64,000 bases of DNA from a virus. Each line of letters starts with the position of its first letter. Positions within the stretch are counted from its first letter, which is position 1. The notes beneath the pieces are model-generated. The model was given only the letters and a program-made list of their open reading frames with translations, searched no databases and was not told where the DNA came from. This document shows, in pieces, positions 9,892 to 19,412 of this stretch. The stretch covers positions 1 through 64,000 of IMG/VR virus record IMGVR_UViG_3300042882_000881; one strand, 5' to 3'. Both the position numbers and the translations under genes were made by a program.

Positions 9892-10682
9892 AAAGAATAA
9901 TAGTAACACCAGCTGGAAGAAAAAAATATATGGATTTATTAGCTAAGCATCTTGCTAAGCAACGATCATCTTTTGACGAATGGCATATTTGGCAAAATAC
10001 TGAGAATATAGAAGATATTCAATTTTTTAATACATTAGATGCTAAAATAATTATACCAAAGATTAGTGATCCTAAACTTAAAAATGTTAATTTAAATAAT
10101 TTCTATGCAATAGATTCATTCGATGAAGATACTTTATATCTTAAGCTTGATGATGATATAGTATGGATGGAACCAGATTTCATAGACAAAATGTTTTCAC
10201 TTAGAGAACAAAATAATACCAATTTTTTAATATTTGCTAATACTATAAATAATTCCACATGTGGTCACTTACACATGAGAAATAATCAGATTCCATGGAA
10301 TGATATGGCAGGATATAACACTTTTGACTCAATTTTTTGGTCCAGTCCATTATATGCTGAATCTGTACATCATACATTTTTATCTAATGCAAAAGATTTT
10401 ACTAAATTCTATTTTAGTGATTGGCATTTATTTCTTAATGAAAGAGTATCTATAAATGCTGTAGCCTGGAGAGGTTCGGATTTTGCCTTTTTTAATGGAT
10501 TTATAGATGGAGAAGATGAGCTTTTCCTCACCTACCATGGTCCATCAAGAGCGTTAGGTAAAAGGAGTTTTATTTATGGTCAAGCTTTATGCTCTCATTA
10601 TTCTTATAAAACACAAATGGAATATTTAGATAGAACGAAACTTTTAGAAAGATATATTAAAATAGCTAATTTTAGTGTATAA
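9888..10682 (+). CDS. GT-A fold glycosyltransferase-like protein
   Basis: VTPAGRKKY start, YLKLDDDIV (DxD) motif, DGEDE. Confidence 0.7.
   Translation: MKRIIVTPAGRKKYMDLLAKHLAKQRSSFDEWHIWQNTENIEDIQFFNTLDAKIIIPKISDPKLKNVNLNNFYAIDSFDEDTLYLKLDDDIVWMEPDFIDKMFSLREQNNTNFLIFANTINNSTCGHLHMRNNQIPWNDMAGYNTFDSIFWSSPLYAESVHHTFLSNAKDFTKFYFSDWHLFLNERVSINAVAWRGSDFAFFNGFIDGEDELFLTYHGPSRALGKRSFIYGQALCSHYSYKTQMEYLDRTKLLERYIKIANFSV
10675..10680 (+). promoter_or_regulatory. GTGTAT putative late promoter
   Basis: Recurrent motif, 41 nt before the ATG at 10716. Confidence 0.55.
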
Positions 10683-10715
10683 TTTTTATAAATTCTATAA
10701 ACAGAAAGCATAAAT

Positions 10716-12062
10716 ATGCCAGATCCATGTAAACCCGAATCATTAACTACAAAATTTAATTTTAATATAAATTCTGATATGTGGGATGATCATGATGGAT
10801 TCACTAGTGTAGGTCCAAATATTTTTGTAGAAAATAATGCGTTGCCTGGATTTCAAGAACAGGTTAATCAAATTATTAATGCTATTAATTGTGGTATAAA
10901 TAAAATAGAATGTGAATGCTTAAAAAATAAGGTAAGATTAAATACTTTCACAATAACTTCTTCTGCACTCGTACCAGAATGTGCAGAGACTTTAGCATGT
11001 ACCGTAAATAATAGAATGAATATTATTCTTGAGAATATTTTTAGACCCGGAGATGATAATCCAGTAGATTTATGTTTACTTATATATCACGAATTGATGC
11101 ACACAATAGATGATTGTGAAGCCTGTTATGACGATCAATTATCAGCTGAAATAGATCGAATAACAAAGGATTTTTATGTAAAGTTTAAAAATCAAATACC
11201 TGCTATAGAGAAAGAAATTATAGATACTCTTTTTAAAAATAACCAATTCCAAGAATGGATGCGTATTTTGTTTAATGGATTTGGATCGTATGAAGGAACT
11301 GAATATACGTTTGATGGACCGTATGACATACAAAAAATTGCTGCATATATAAGAGATAATATATTAGCTTTAAATTCAAGATTTTTTGACAATGCCAATG
11401 AATTTAGAGCTTACGCAAATCAATTTTGTGTTAAGGGAATTCATGGTATTATATCAGAATTTCTATATTTAGAATTTACTAACTCCATGCCTGAATTGGC
11501 AGATTTTGAGCGAATTGTCAATACTATAGCAGTTGATATAATAACAGATATATATCAAAAATACTTTCAAGAAAATCTTATCCAGTATTGTAGATCAATT
11601 AATGAATTAAGAACTGGTGGCTGTAACACCGATGGTCTCAATATTGAATTTGAATTGAAATTAAAGCCAACTAGTAAGACTACACTAAGTGGAGATTCAT
11701 TAATAATTAGTCAATATGATGTACAGCTTATAGTTAACGCTGAAAAGAATAGTTGTTGCAGAAAAACACAAGGAAGGAAAGGATTAAAGGACTATGCGAC
11801 GGTTACTTTGTGTCCACAATGTCCAAAAAAATGTATTTTTTATTATGAATCAATAGATAATAAACTTATGCCATGTGTATTTGAACAACTGTTTATGGGT
11901 TGTGAAACTTGCTCTACTATTGGTCGTACGCAAGGAGAGGGTATGCTTAGTATTCACAAGCTTAAAGAGTCAATTATTAAGGATTTTGATGATGCCATTT
12001 TTAATAGTGTTGCTGGAGCTTTTCCCGGTTTAGTAAGAGGAAGAGAGGGTTGTCCATGTTAA
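10716..12062 (+). CDS. Cys-rich HExxH (zincin-like) protein, paralog of 14269..15627
   Basis: IYHELMH followed by EFRAY. Confidence 0.6.
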   Translation: MPDPCKPESLTTKFNFNINSDMWDDHDGFTSVGPNIFVENNALPGFQEQVNQIINAINCGINKIECECLKNKVRLNTFTITSSALVPECAETLACTVNNRMNIILENIFRPGDDNPVDLCLLIYHELMHTIDDCEACYDDQLSAEIDRITKDFYVKFKNQIPAIEKEIIDTLFKNNQFQEWMRILFNGFGSYEGTEYTFDGPYDIQKIAAYIRDNILALNSRFFDNANEFRAYANQFCVKGIHGIISEFLYLEFTNSMPELADFERIVNTIAVDIITDIYQKYFQENLIQYCRSINELRTGGCNTDGLNIEFELKLKPTSKTTLSGDSLIISQYDVQLIVNAEKNSCCRKTQGRKGLKDYATVTLCPQCPKKCIFYYESIDNKLMPCVFEQLFMGCETCSTIGRTQGEGMLSIHKLKESIIKDFDDAIFNSVAGAFPGLVRGREGCPC

Positions 12063-12065
12063 ATA

Positions 12066-12071
12066 GTGTAT
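12066..12071 (+). promoter_or_regulatory. GTGTAT putative late promoter
   Basis: Intergenic, 45 nt before the portal ATG. Confidence 0.6.
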
Positions 12072-12110
12072 ATACTTGTAATACTATTCCAATACTAATA
12101 TGATACAATC

Positions 12111-14279
12111 ATGACAAAAAATTATCCAAAAAGCGATGCTATACAAAATGCGGCCATTGAGAATGAAAATGCTTATGTGGCATGGGGAGAAGATTTAGCC
12201 AGTAAAGAGAAAGCTTTAAATGAAGCCTCAAGATCTCTTTCAGAATTTGATATAGTACATCGCTCATCAGGAGCCTCTAGATATCGCACAGATTACTCTA
12301 ATTTAGATGGTAATACTTCTAGCCGTCCTGGTTTAACACGAGCAGATTATGACAAATTTAGACCAGATGAAGCTGTTCCAGAAAAGTTACGAGGAATAAT
12401 AAAAGCGGCCGATTCTATATACCACAGAGTAGGATTGGTTAAAAACGTTATTGATCTTATGGGTGATTTTGCTTGTCAGGGAATAAGACTATCTCATCCT
12501 AATAAAAGAATTCAACGATTTTACAGAAATTGGTTTGAACGAATTAATGGATATGAACGAAGTGAGAGATTTCTTAATAATCTTTACCGAACAGGTAATG
12601 TGGTCATCAATAGACAAACTGCCAAAATAAGTTTAAAGGTAACAGATAAATTATATAGAAGTGTTGGTTCAGCAGATCTTATAATTAATGATGATGAAAT
12701 AAAGGTAGAAAAAAGAGAAATTCCTTGGAAATATACTTTTATTGATCCGTCATATGTTGATGTAATAGGAGGATCATTAGCTTCTTTTTCAGGATCTAAA
12801 ATTTATGCTATTACTTTGCCCTCTAATTTAAGAAGAACTATAAATAGTCCAAAGAATGAGTATGAACAAAAGATAGTTTCATCATTACCAATCACGGTAC
12901 TAGAAGCTGCAAAAACAAAAAAGCCTTATGTTCTAGATCCAGAAAAAACAGTAGTATTTCACTATAAAAAAGATGATTGGTCAACATGGGCCTATCCTAT
13001 GATTTATAGTATTATGGATGATATATTCATAATTGAAAAACTTAAACTAGCAGACTTGGCTGCTCTTGATGGTGCTATTAGTAACATTCGTATTTTTAAA
13101 CTTGGTAGTCTTGAACATAAAGTTGCTCCTACAAAAGCCGCAACAGCTAAACTAGCATCTATCTTACAAAATAATGTTGGTGGTGGTACGATGGATCTTG
13201 TGTGGGGTCCAGATATTGAATTGCTTGAGAGTAAAACCAATGTTCATCAATTCTTAGGAGAAGGTAAATATATTCCCCATTTGAATAGTGTTTATGCTGG
13301 TCTTGGTATTCCTCCAACACTAACTGGAACATTCGGTGCTGCCGGTACAACAAATAATTTTATTAGCTTAAAAACATTAACTCAAAGATTACAATATGGT
13401 CGCAAAATACTAACAGCATTCTGGAAACAAGAAATTGCTGCTGTTCAGAAAGCTATGGGTTTTAGATTTCCAGCAAAAGTAGAATTTGATCGAATGGATC
13501 TTAGTAATGAAGATGCTGAAAAAGCATTACTCATTCAACTTGCTGATCGTAATATTATTAGCGACGAACTTGTTCAAACAGCATTTGGTTTTGATTCTGA
13601 TATGGAAAAGGTTAGAGTTAAGAGAGAACAAAGAGAAAGAGATACCGATAGTTATGTACCAAAGTCTGGACCGTACTATAGTCCAGAAATTGATAATGAA
13701 CTTCGTAAAATTTCATTACAAACTGGTATAGTAACTCCTAGCGAAGTTGGCTTAGAATTAGATAAGAAAAAGGGTGGACAAAAGAGCGCTATGGATGCCA
13801 AGAATGAGGTTATAACACAAAAACAATCAATTGGTCCAACTAAACCGGCTGGAGTATCTGGTCAGGGTCGCCCTAAGAATAGTAAAGATTCTGGTCAGCG
13901 TCAAACTAAAAAGTTCGCACCACAAACAGGAGCATCTTTACAGATTTGGGCAAATGAGGCCCAGGATAAAATTAATGAAATAATGAATCCATATTTCTTA
14001 GAGTTTTATAATAAAAAGAATATGAGAAGCTTATCCACAGTTGAATATACTGAAGCTGACTCCACAAAGAGCAAGTTGTTATTCACTTTGGATCCATCAG
14101 AAGAAATTAATGAAAATAATCTCATATCTAAACTAGTTGATATAGATAATAATAAAGGATATTCTAAGTATAAAGAATACTCAAAAGAATTAGCTTCACA
14201 AAGGGATAGGACTTTAAGTCAGGAAGAACTAAAAACTATAAAGTCACTAACTTTTGTAGAGAATTATAATGACCTGTAA
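12111..14279 (+). CDS. Portal protein
   Basis: Lies between TerL and the head genes; GLVKNVIDLMGDF, YRTGNV, AGLGIPP and a GRP C-terminal tail typical of portals. Confidence 0.8.
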   Translation: MTKNYPKSDAIQNAAIENENAYVAWGEDLASKEKALNEASRSLSEFDIVHRSSGASRYRTDYSNLDGNTSSRPGLTRADYDKFRPDEAVPEKLRGIIKAADSIYHRVGLVKNVIDLMGDFACQGIRLSHPNKRIQRFYRNWFERINGYERSERFLNNLYRTGNVVINRQTAKISLKVTDKLYRSVGSADLIINDDEIKVEKREIPWKYTFIDPSYVDVIGGSLASFSGSKIYAITLPSNLRRTINSPKNEYEQKIVSSLPITVLEAAKTKKPYVLDPEKTVVFHYKKDDWSTWAYPMIYSIMDDIFIIEKLKLADLAALDGAISNIRIFKLGSLEHKVAPTKAATAKLASILQNNVGGGTMDLVWGPDIELLESKTNVHQFLGEGKYIPHLNSVYAGLGIPPTLTGTFGAAGTTNNFISLKTLTQRLQYGRKILTAFWKQEIAAVQKAMGFRFPAKVEFDRMDLSNEDAEKALLIQLADRNIISDELVQTAFGFDSDMEKVRVKREQRERDTDSYVPKSGPYYSPEIDNELRKISLQTGIVTPSEVGLELDKKKGGQKSAMDAKNEVITQKQSIGPTKPAGVSGQGRPKNSKDSGQRQTKKFAPQTGASLQIWANEAQDKINEIMNPYFLEFYNKKNMRSLSTVEYTEADSTKSKLLFTLDPSEEINENNLISKLVDIDNNKGYSKYKEYSKELASQRDRTLSQEELKTIKSLTFVENYNDL

Positions 14280-15627
14280 ATGTAATCTTAATCTAGAAAA
14301 TAAAAAATTTAATTTAGATATAGACTTATCAAAATTACAGGCTTTAGATCTCTATAATGCAGATGGATTTTTTCCAGGAGCAATTGGAGACTATCCTGAG
14401 CAATTAACAAATCTTGGTAATAATATTTATAAAACACGAACTAGTAACTATACTAGTCGTGAGATATCTAAATTACAAGAAGCAATAGCAAATGTTAAAA
14501 ATTCTTTCTCATGTAATTGTCTAAAATCAAAGATAGACTTAATTAAGTTTGTTCTAACTAATCCACGAGATAGTGGAGCTTTGCGAAGAGTCCCAGGTTC
14601 TGGATTTAGCACATCGGCCGCCGTTCCAAGATGTAATAATATTGTTATGATTAATACCATGGCCAAAGACCCCTATCCCCATGATCCTAGTACAAGTATA
14701 TTATCTTATAGTGTGGAACAAATACAGCAAATAATCACTCACGAAATTATCCATTTAATGGATGGATGTTATCCTTGTAGATCAAAAACAAAGAATGATT
14801 TATTTAATAAGCAAAGAGATTTATTGTATCAACAATATAAATTAATTTACCAAGATATCAAAAATTTTCATAAACAATTTACAAAAAATTTGATAGATTC
14901 TAATATTATCGAACTTAAACCACCTGCCACTACTATTATTGATGAAAGATTTGCTTTTAAGGAATTAGATTATGCTTTAAAAAATAAAATGGAATTTTTA
15001 GCTGTATTTTCACAGTTCTTTTGTTTTGAAATGGATTATAATACATTATTAATTGAAGATAACAATTATACAATTAAAAATCCTAACGTTACAGCAGAAA
15101 CCTTAAGAGCTTTATATATCTATCAATTTAATCTAAAATATAAAAATATAATAGCAAGAATTTGTGAATTAGTTAATAAAATACAGAGTGACCCAGATAA
15201 TTGCGATGAAAGTGTCACCTCTGGAATTGAATGTTCATTGACGTTGTCTTGTTCGGGTCGTATATTAATTGGATTAAATCTTTGTTGTAATTCTTATGAT
15301 ATCTATCTAGACATAGATAGTGATGCTGGATGCTGTAGCGCTGATAAAACAGATCAGAAAAAAAATCCTATATATATTGGATCTATAAGTCTAGTAAATC
15401 AATGTAAATGCTATTATAAATATTTATCTAATATAGATATACAAAAAATTATAAAATCTCTAAATAATTGTTGTTCAGGTATCGACTTATATCCTATAAA
15501 TCCAAATTCTGATTCAGCTAAAAATTTTACAGAAGATTTATCTAATCAAATATATAGCAATTTAAAGAACATTATTGAGACCAGTAGTGAAGCAAAGCTA
15601 TTTTTAAATAGTGTACCATGTGACTAA
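14269..15627 (+). CDS. Cys-rich HExxH (zincin-like) protein, paralog of 10716..12062
   Basis: ITHEIIH followed by EFLA. Confidence 0.6.
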   Translation: MTCKCNLNLENKKFNLDIDLSKLQALDLYNADGFFPGAIGDYPEQLTNLGNNIYKTRTSNYTSREISKLQEAIANVKNSFSCNCLKSKIDLIKFVLTNPRDSGALRRVPGSGFSTSAAVPRCNNIVMINTMAKDPYPHDPSTSILSYSVEQIQQIITHEIIHLMDGCYPCRSKTKNDLFNKQRDLLYQQYKLIYQDIKNFHKQFTKNLIDSNIIELKPPATTIIDERFAFKELDYALKNKMEFLAVFSQFFCFEMDYNTLLIEDNNYTIKNPNVTAETLRALYIYQFNLKYKNIIARICELVNKIQSDPDNCDESVTSGIECSLTLSCSGRILIGLNLCCNSYDIYLDIDSDAGCCSADKTDQKKNPIYIGSISLVNQCKCYYKYLSNIDIQKIIKSLNNCCSGIDLYPINPNSDSAKNFTEDLSNQIYSNLKNIIETSSEAKLFLNSVPCD

Positions 15628-15632
15628 TTTTA

Positions 15633-15638
15633 GTGTAT
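15633..15638 (+). promoter_or_regulatory. GTGTAT putative late promoter
   Basis: Intergenic, 30 nt before the ATG; GGAG RBS follows. Confidence 0.6.
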
Positions 15639-15662
15639 TAGCTATAATACAATGGAGATTTT

Positions 15663-17135
15663 ATGAATATTTATCCAAATGAAATTAATGATGGCCTAGA
15701 AGATAAGATAAAAGCATCAGCTTCAGTATCTTATGCTGCTTTGGCACAACCAGTTAATGACACTGAAACAGCCTCAAAAATTAGGGCTAATAAAGCTATT
15801 GCTGGCATAGATGATAGCGACCTATACTATGTTCAGTCCATTCTTGTTACTTCTAGCTGGAATAAAAATGATGATATATTCGATAAATTAGAAGTTTGGC
15901 AAGCAAGAAATACTCCAGAAGACAAACCAACTAATCTTGATCATAATGAAGAGATTATAATAGGCCACATTACATCAAATTGGCCAATCACAGAAGATGG
16001 TATTCTAATAGATCAAGCAACCCCGTCCGACAATCTTCCTGATAAATTCCATATCTTAACTGGCTCTGTTATTTATAAGGGTTTTAGTAATCCTGAATTA
16101 AAAGGTCGTTCAGATAAGCTAATTGCTGAAATAGAAGATGGTACTAAATATGTTAGCATGGAGTGCTACTTTAAGGGTTTTGATTATGGAGTTGAAGATA
16201 AAACTAGTGGCGAATATAAAGTTATAGCACGAAATGAAGAAACTTCTCATCTAACCAAATATCTAAGAGCATATGGTGGTTTAGGAGAAAATGATAACTA
16301 TAAAATTGGTAGAGTATTAAGACAAATTACATTTTCTGGCAAAGGTTATGTTGACAAACCAGCCAATCCAGATAGTATAATATTTAATTCATTAAGTAAT
16401 GAACAAGAAAAAAATAGTGATTTTGTAAAAGCTGGTGTATTTTCAGATTGTCCCAATAATATGGAGAATAATAACATGAATCTAGAACAAGAAATCGCCG
16501 AACTAAAAGCCAAGGTAGAAGCCGCAGTTGATTGCGCTTCGGCTACCAAAGAAGCTTATTCATTAGCTACTCAGCTTAAGGATACAGTTGCTTCTTTAGA
16601 AAAAACAATTGAAGAAAAGAATAGTGGTTTAGCCTCTCTTCAAGCTTCATATGACGAACTAGTTTCTTCAACAGAAGCTGCTAAGAAGTCATCTGAAGAA
16701 GAGAACATGAAGAAAGATGAACTATTCAAGAAAACAAAGTCTGAATTAGACGAAGCTCTAGAGTCGATTGCTGGCTATAAGAGTAAAGAAGCTGATATGA
16801 TGAAGAAAGAAAAGAAAATGAAGAGAATGGCTTCTTTAGTTGAAATGGGTATTGATCAAGAAACAGCCACAGCCACAGTTGACAAATTTGAAAATCTTGA
16901 AGACGAAGCTTTTGACGGTATTGCTGAACTACTCAGCGTTGCTGCCAAGAAGGTTCCTCCAAAGAAAGAAGAAAAGCCAATGGCTAGCGAAGACGTTTTA
17001 GAAACTGCTGAAACAGTTGAAGCTACTGATCTTAGCGTTGGTGGTGAAGATAACGAAATTGAAACTACCCGCGCCGCATTGGTCGATTTTGTTCGTAACA
17101 GACTTAATAAGAAAAATTCTAATAAGGGAGAATAA
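15663..17135 (+). CDS. Prohead protease-scaffold fusion
   Basis: WNKNDD, NLDH, VSME and GYVDKPAN in the N-domain; acidic coiled-coil C-half; upstream of the capsid genes. Confidence 0.75.
   Translation: MNIYPNEINDGLEDKIKASASVSYAALAQPVNDTETASKIRANKAIAGIDDSDLYYVQSILVTSSWNKNDDIFDKLEVWQARNTPEDKPTNLDHNEEIIIGHITSNWPITEDGILIDQATPSDNLPDKFHILTGSVIYKGFSNPELKGRSDKLIAEIEDGTKYVSMECYFKGFDYGVEDKTSGEYKVIARNEETSHLTKYLRAYGGLGENDNYKIGRVLRQITFSGKGYVDKPANPDSIIFNSLSNEQEKNSDFVKAGVFSDCPNNMENNNMNLEQEIAELKAKVEAAVDCASATKEAYSLATQLKDTVASLEKTIEEKNSGLASLQASYDELVSSTEAAKKSSEEENMKKDELFKKTKSELDEALESIAGYKSKEADMMKKEKKMKRMASLVEMGIDQETATATVDKFENLEDEAFDGIAELLSVAAKKVPPKKEEKPMASEDVLETAETVEATDLSVGGEDNEIETTRAALVDFVRNRLNKKNSNKGE
16476..17135 (+). 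CDS. Nested in-frame scaffold protein (internal start MNLEQ)
   Basis: GTGTAT at 16435, GGAG at 16463 and an in-frame ATG at 16476 at the protease/coiled-coil boundary. Confidence 0.6.
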   Translation: MNLEQEIAELKAKVEAAVDCASATKEAYSLATQLKDTVASLEKTIEEKNSGLASLQASYDELVSSTEAAKKSSEEENMKKDELFKKTKSELDEALESIAGYKSKEADMMKKEKKMKRMASLVEMGIDQETATATVDKFENLEDEAFDGIAELLSVAAKKVPPKKEEKPMASEDVLETAETVEATDLSVGGEDNEIETTRAALVDFVRNRLNKKNSNKGE

Positions 17136-17138
17136 GAC

Positions 17139-17597
17139 ATGGCTCTAAAACCTGATCGTATCGAATCTTACACAGATATCTCATTTTTCATGAATTCAGT
17201 TGGCGAAAGAGGCGGCGTTGTTGTACACAATACAACTGGCGTTGGCGCTTCAATGGATGACTCTGGTGCTACCGTTGGTTATCCAACAGGCTCACCAAGT
17301 GGTACAGTTCCAGCTGGACTTCTTTTAAACGACGTTAGAAATTATGATCTAACAAGAACTCATATCAACTGGCACAAAGATGAAGTGCAAGTTGGTGGCA
17401 AGGTTACTTTGCTTCGTAGAGGCCAAGTTACTACTGACGTAGTAGCTCCTGGCGTATCACCAGTTGCTGGTAGCAGTGCTTATTATGATGGTCTTGGCAG
17501 ATTCACCACAAACTCTCTCAATTCTGTAAAGGTTGGTAGATTTTTAAGTGGTCTTGATAGCGACGGTTATGTCAAAGTAGACGTAAATATAACTTGA
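17139..17597 (+). CDS. Head decoration/cement protein
   Basis: 152-aa beta-rich protein immediately before the major capsid protein; AGGGAG RBS. Confidence 0.7.
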   Translation: MALKPDRIESYTDISFFMNSVGERGGVVVHNTTGVGASMDDSGATVGYPTGSPSGTVPAGLLLNDVRNYDLTRTHINWHKDEVQVGGKVTLLRRGQVTTDVVAPGVSPVAGSSAYYDGLGRFTTNSLNSVKVGRFLSGLDSDGYVKVDVNIT

Positions 17598-17617
17598 TAC
17601 TAGGGAGAAAAATTCAA

Positions 17618-18628
17618 ATGGCTACACAACACTTTAATCCAACCCCAGAACTAACTGATCTTCTTGTTAAGTCTGGTTCACCAAGAAAAGAAGAGGCACT
17701 AGCTGCTAATGCAGAATTTGCAAAAGCTCTAGAGCAACCACTTCGTCAAGGCATTCTAAATGGCGATATTCTTGATGGTATCTTCGAGCCAATCACATTG
17801 GCCCAAAGTGCTACTCCAGAATTTCCTTTAGACTTCCTTAGCCCTGGTACCGAGAAGGACTTTGTGGCCTACACAATTCCTAATCACGGTTATATTCCAG
17901 AGCGTCATGTTGAAGGCGATTACGTCATGGTTCCAACCTTTGATATCGGTGCAAGCATCGACTACTTACTAAAGTATGCTCGTGATGCTCGCTGGGATAT
18001 CGTTGGTCGTGCCATGGAAGTTCTAGAAGCTGGCTTCGTTAAGAAGATGAACGATGACGGCTGGCACACACTTCTTGCTGCTGGTGTTGATCGTAACCTA
18101 GTAGTATTTGATAGTGATGCTGATACCGGTCAATTCACCAAGAGACTAGTTTCTCTAATGAAGACCGTTATGAGAAGAAATGGCGGCGGTAACTCAACAT
18201 CAACCAATCGTGGTCAACTAACAGACCTTTATGTTTCTCCCGAGGCTGTTGAAGACATTCGTAACTGGGGTCTTGATCAAGTTGATGAAGTTACCCGTAG
18301 AGAAATCTACGTTGCTGCTGATGGTAGTGGCGTTCTTAATAGAGTATTCGGTGTTAATCTTCATGACCTAGACGAACTAGGCGAAGGTCAAGAATACCAA
18401 CTATTCTATGAAAACGTTCTACTAGGTTCACTACCTCCTGGCGACGTTGAAATGGTTGTTGGTCTTGACTTAAGAAAGAGAGATTCTTTCATAATGCCAA
18501 TTCGTGAGCAAGTTCAAATCTTTGAAGACGATACACTACATCGTCAAAAGAGAGCTGGCTTCTACGGTTGGGCCGAGCAAGGCTTCGCTGTTCTTGATAA
18601 CAGAAGAGTAATCGTTGGTTCTCTCTGA
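17618..18628 (+). CDS. Major capsid protein
   Basis: Size, position, biased high-expression codons and a following terminator; ATG at 17618 has an AGGGAG RBS (track start 17594 is TTG). Confidence 0.85.
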   Translation: MATQHFNPTPELTDLLVKSGSPRKEEALAANAEFAKALEQPLRQGILNGDILDGIFEPITLAQSATPEFPLDFLSPGTEKDFVAYTIPNHGYIPERHVEGDYVMVPTFDIGASIDYLLKYARDARWDIVGRAMEVLEAGFVKKMNDDGWHTLLAAGVDRNLVVFDSDADTGQFTKRLVSLMKTVMRRNGGGNSTSTNRGQLTDLYVSPEAVEDIRNWGLDQVDEVTRREIYVAADGSGVLNRVFGVNLHDLDELGEGQEYQLFYENVLLGSLPPGDVEMVVGLDLRKRDSFIMPIREQVQIFEDDTLHRQKRAGFYGWAEQGFAVLDNRRVIVGSL

Positions 18629-18652
18629 TATTTTCAGAAGATAATCAAATCA

Positions 18653-18690
18653 AAGAAGAAGGCTAGCTTAACCGCTAGCCTTTCTTTTTT
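18653..18690 (+). terminator. Intrinsic terminator after the capsid gene
   Basis: AAGGCTAGC-TTAACC-GCTAGCCTT followed by TCTTTTTT. Confidence 0.9.
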
Positions 18691-18691
18691 G

Positions 18692-18697
18692 GTGTAT
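18692..18697 (+). promoter_or_regulatory. GTGTAT putative late promoter
   Basis: Directly after the terminator, 28 nt before the next ATG. Confidence 0.6.
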
Positions 18698-18719
18698 TCT
18701 ACCATCAGAGGGCTAAAAT

Positions 18720-19124
18720 ATGTCAGCAAGCAAATATGATTTTCCAATAGAGCAAGGAACATCATTTAAAATTAGTCTAATTTATAAAGATGCCGAAGGT
18801 AACCCAATAGATTTAACTAATTGGTGTGCTAGATTAATTTGGAAAACCAGTAGCAATACCACTCAAATATTTAGTTCAGACAATACTGATCATAGTATAT
18901 ATAAATTTATTATTGATGATCTTAATGGTAAATTAACACTAATGATTCCGGCCAACACCACAAACACATTTAATTTTAATACGGCTAAATACGATCTTGA
19001 ATTACAGAGTCCTGATGATTTGTATGCTGGTGGAGGTAAATATACAACCCGACTACTTTTTGGTACCATAACTATTGTTAAACGATTTAGTCAGTCAAAT
19101 AACTCATTACAGTGTAATATATAA
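18720..19124 (+). CDS. Virion structural protein (BppU-N-like Ig-fold adaptor)
   Basis: IEQGTSF...PIDLT...YDLEL...RLLFG pattern common in fibre-attachment proteins. Confidence 0.55.
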   Translation: MSASKYDFPIEQGTSFKISLIYKDAEGNPIDLTNWCARLIWKTSSNTTQIFSSDNTDHSIYKFIIDDLNGKLTLMIPANTTNTFNFNTAKYDLELQSPDDLYAGGGKYTTRLLFGTITIVKRFSQSNNSLQCNI

Positions 19125-19384
19125 TGAGCAATTTTATTATAGAAATTGAGCAAGAAACAAATTTATTGGAAATAGAAACTAGTTATTTAGATTCATTTGA
19201 TAATATTGAGATTGAAAGATACGAAACCTTCAATATTGATATTATTAATACAGAAAAACTATTAGCTAGTGACTTACCAGATGATATACCAATGAGTAAG
19301 ATCGTTGGTAATTTACATGTTAGTCGAATAGATAACTTAGACGATTATTTATCAGAGATAGATGTTGATGGCGGTTCACCTTAA
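19124..19384 (+). CDS. Small acidic protein ending DVDGGSP
   Basis: Coupled ORF; C-terminus resembles that of the next gene. Confidence 0.6.
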   Translation: MSNFIIEIEQETNLLEIETSYLDSFDNIEIERYETFNIDIINTEKLLASDLPDDIPMSKIVGNLHVSRIDNLDDYLSEIDVDGGSP

Positions 19385-19412
19385 ATAAAATACATGGAGT
19401 TAATAATAAACT

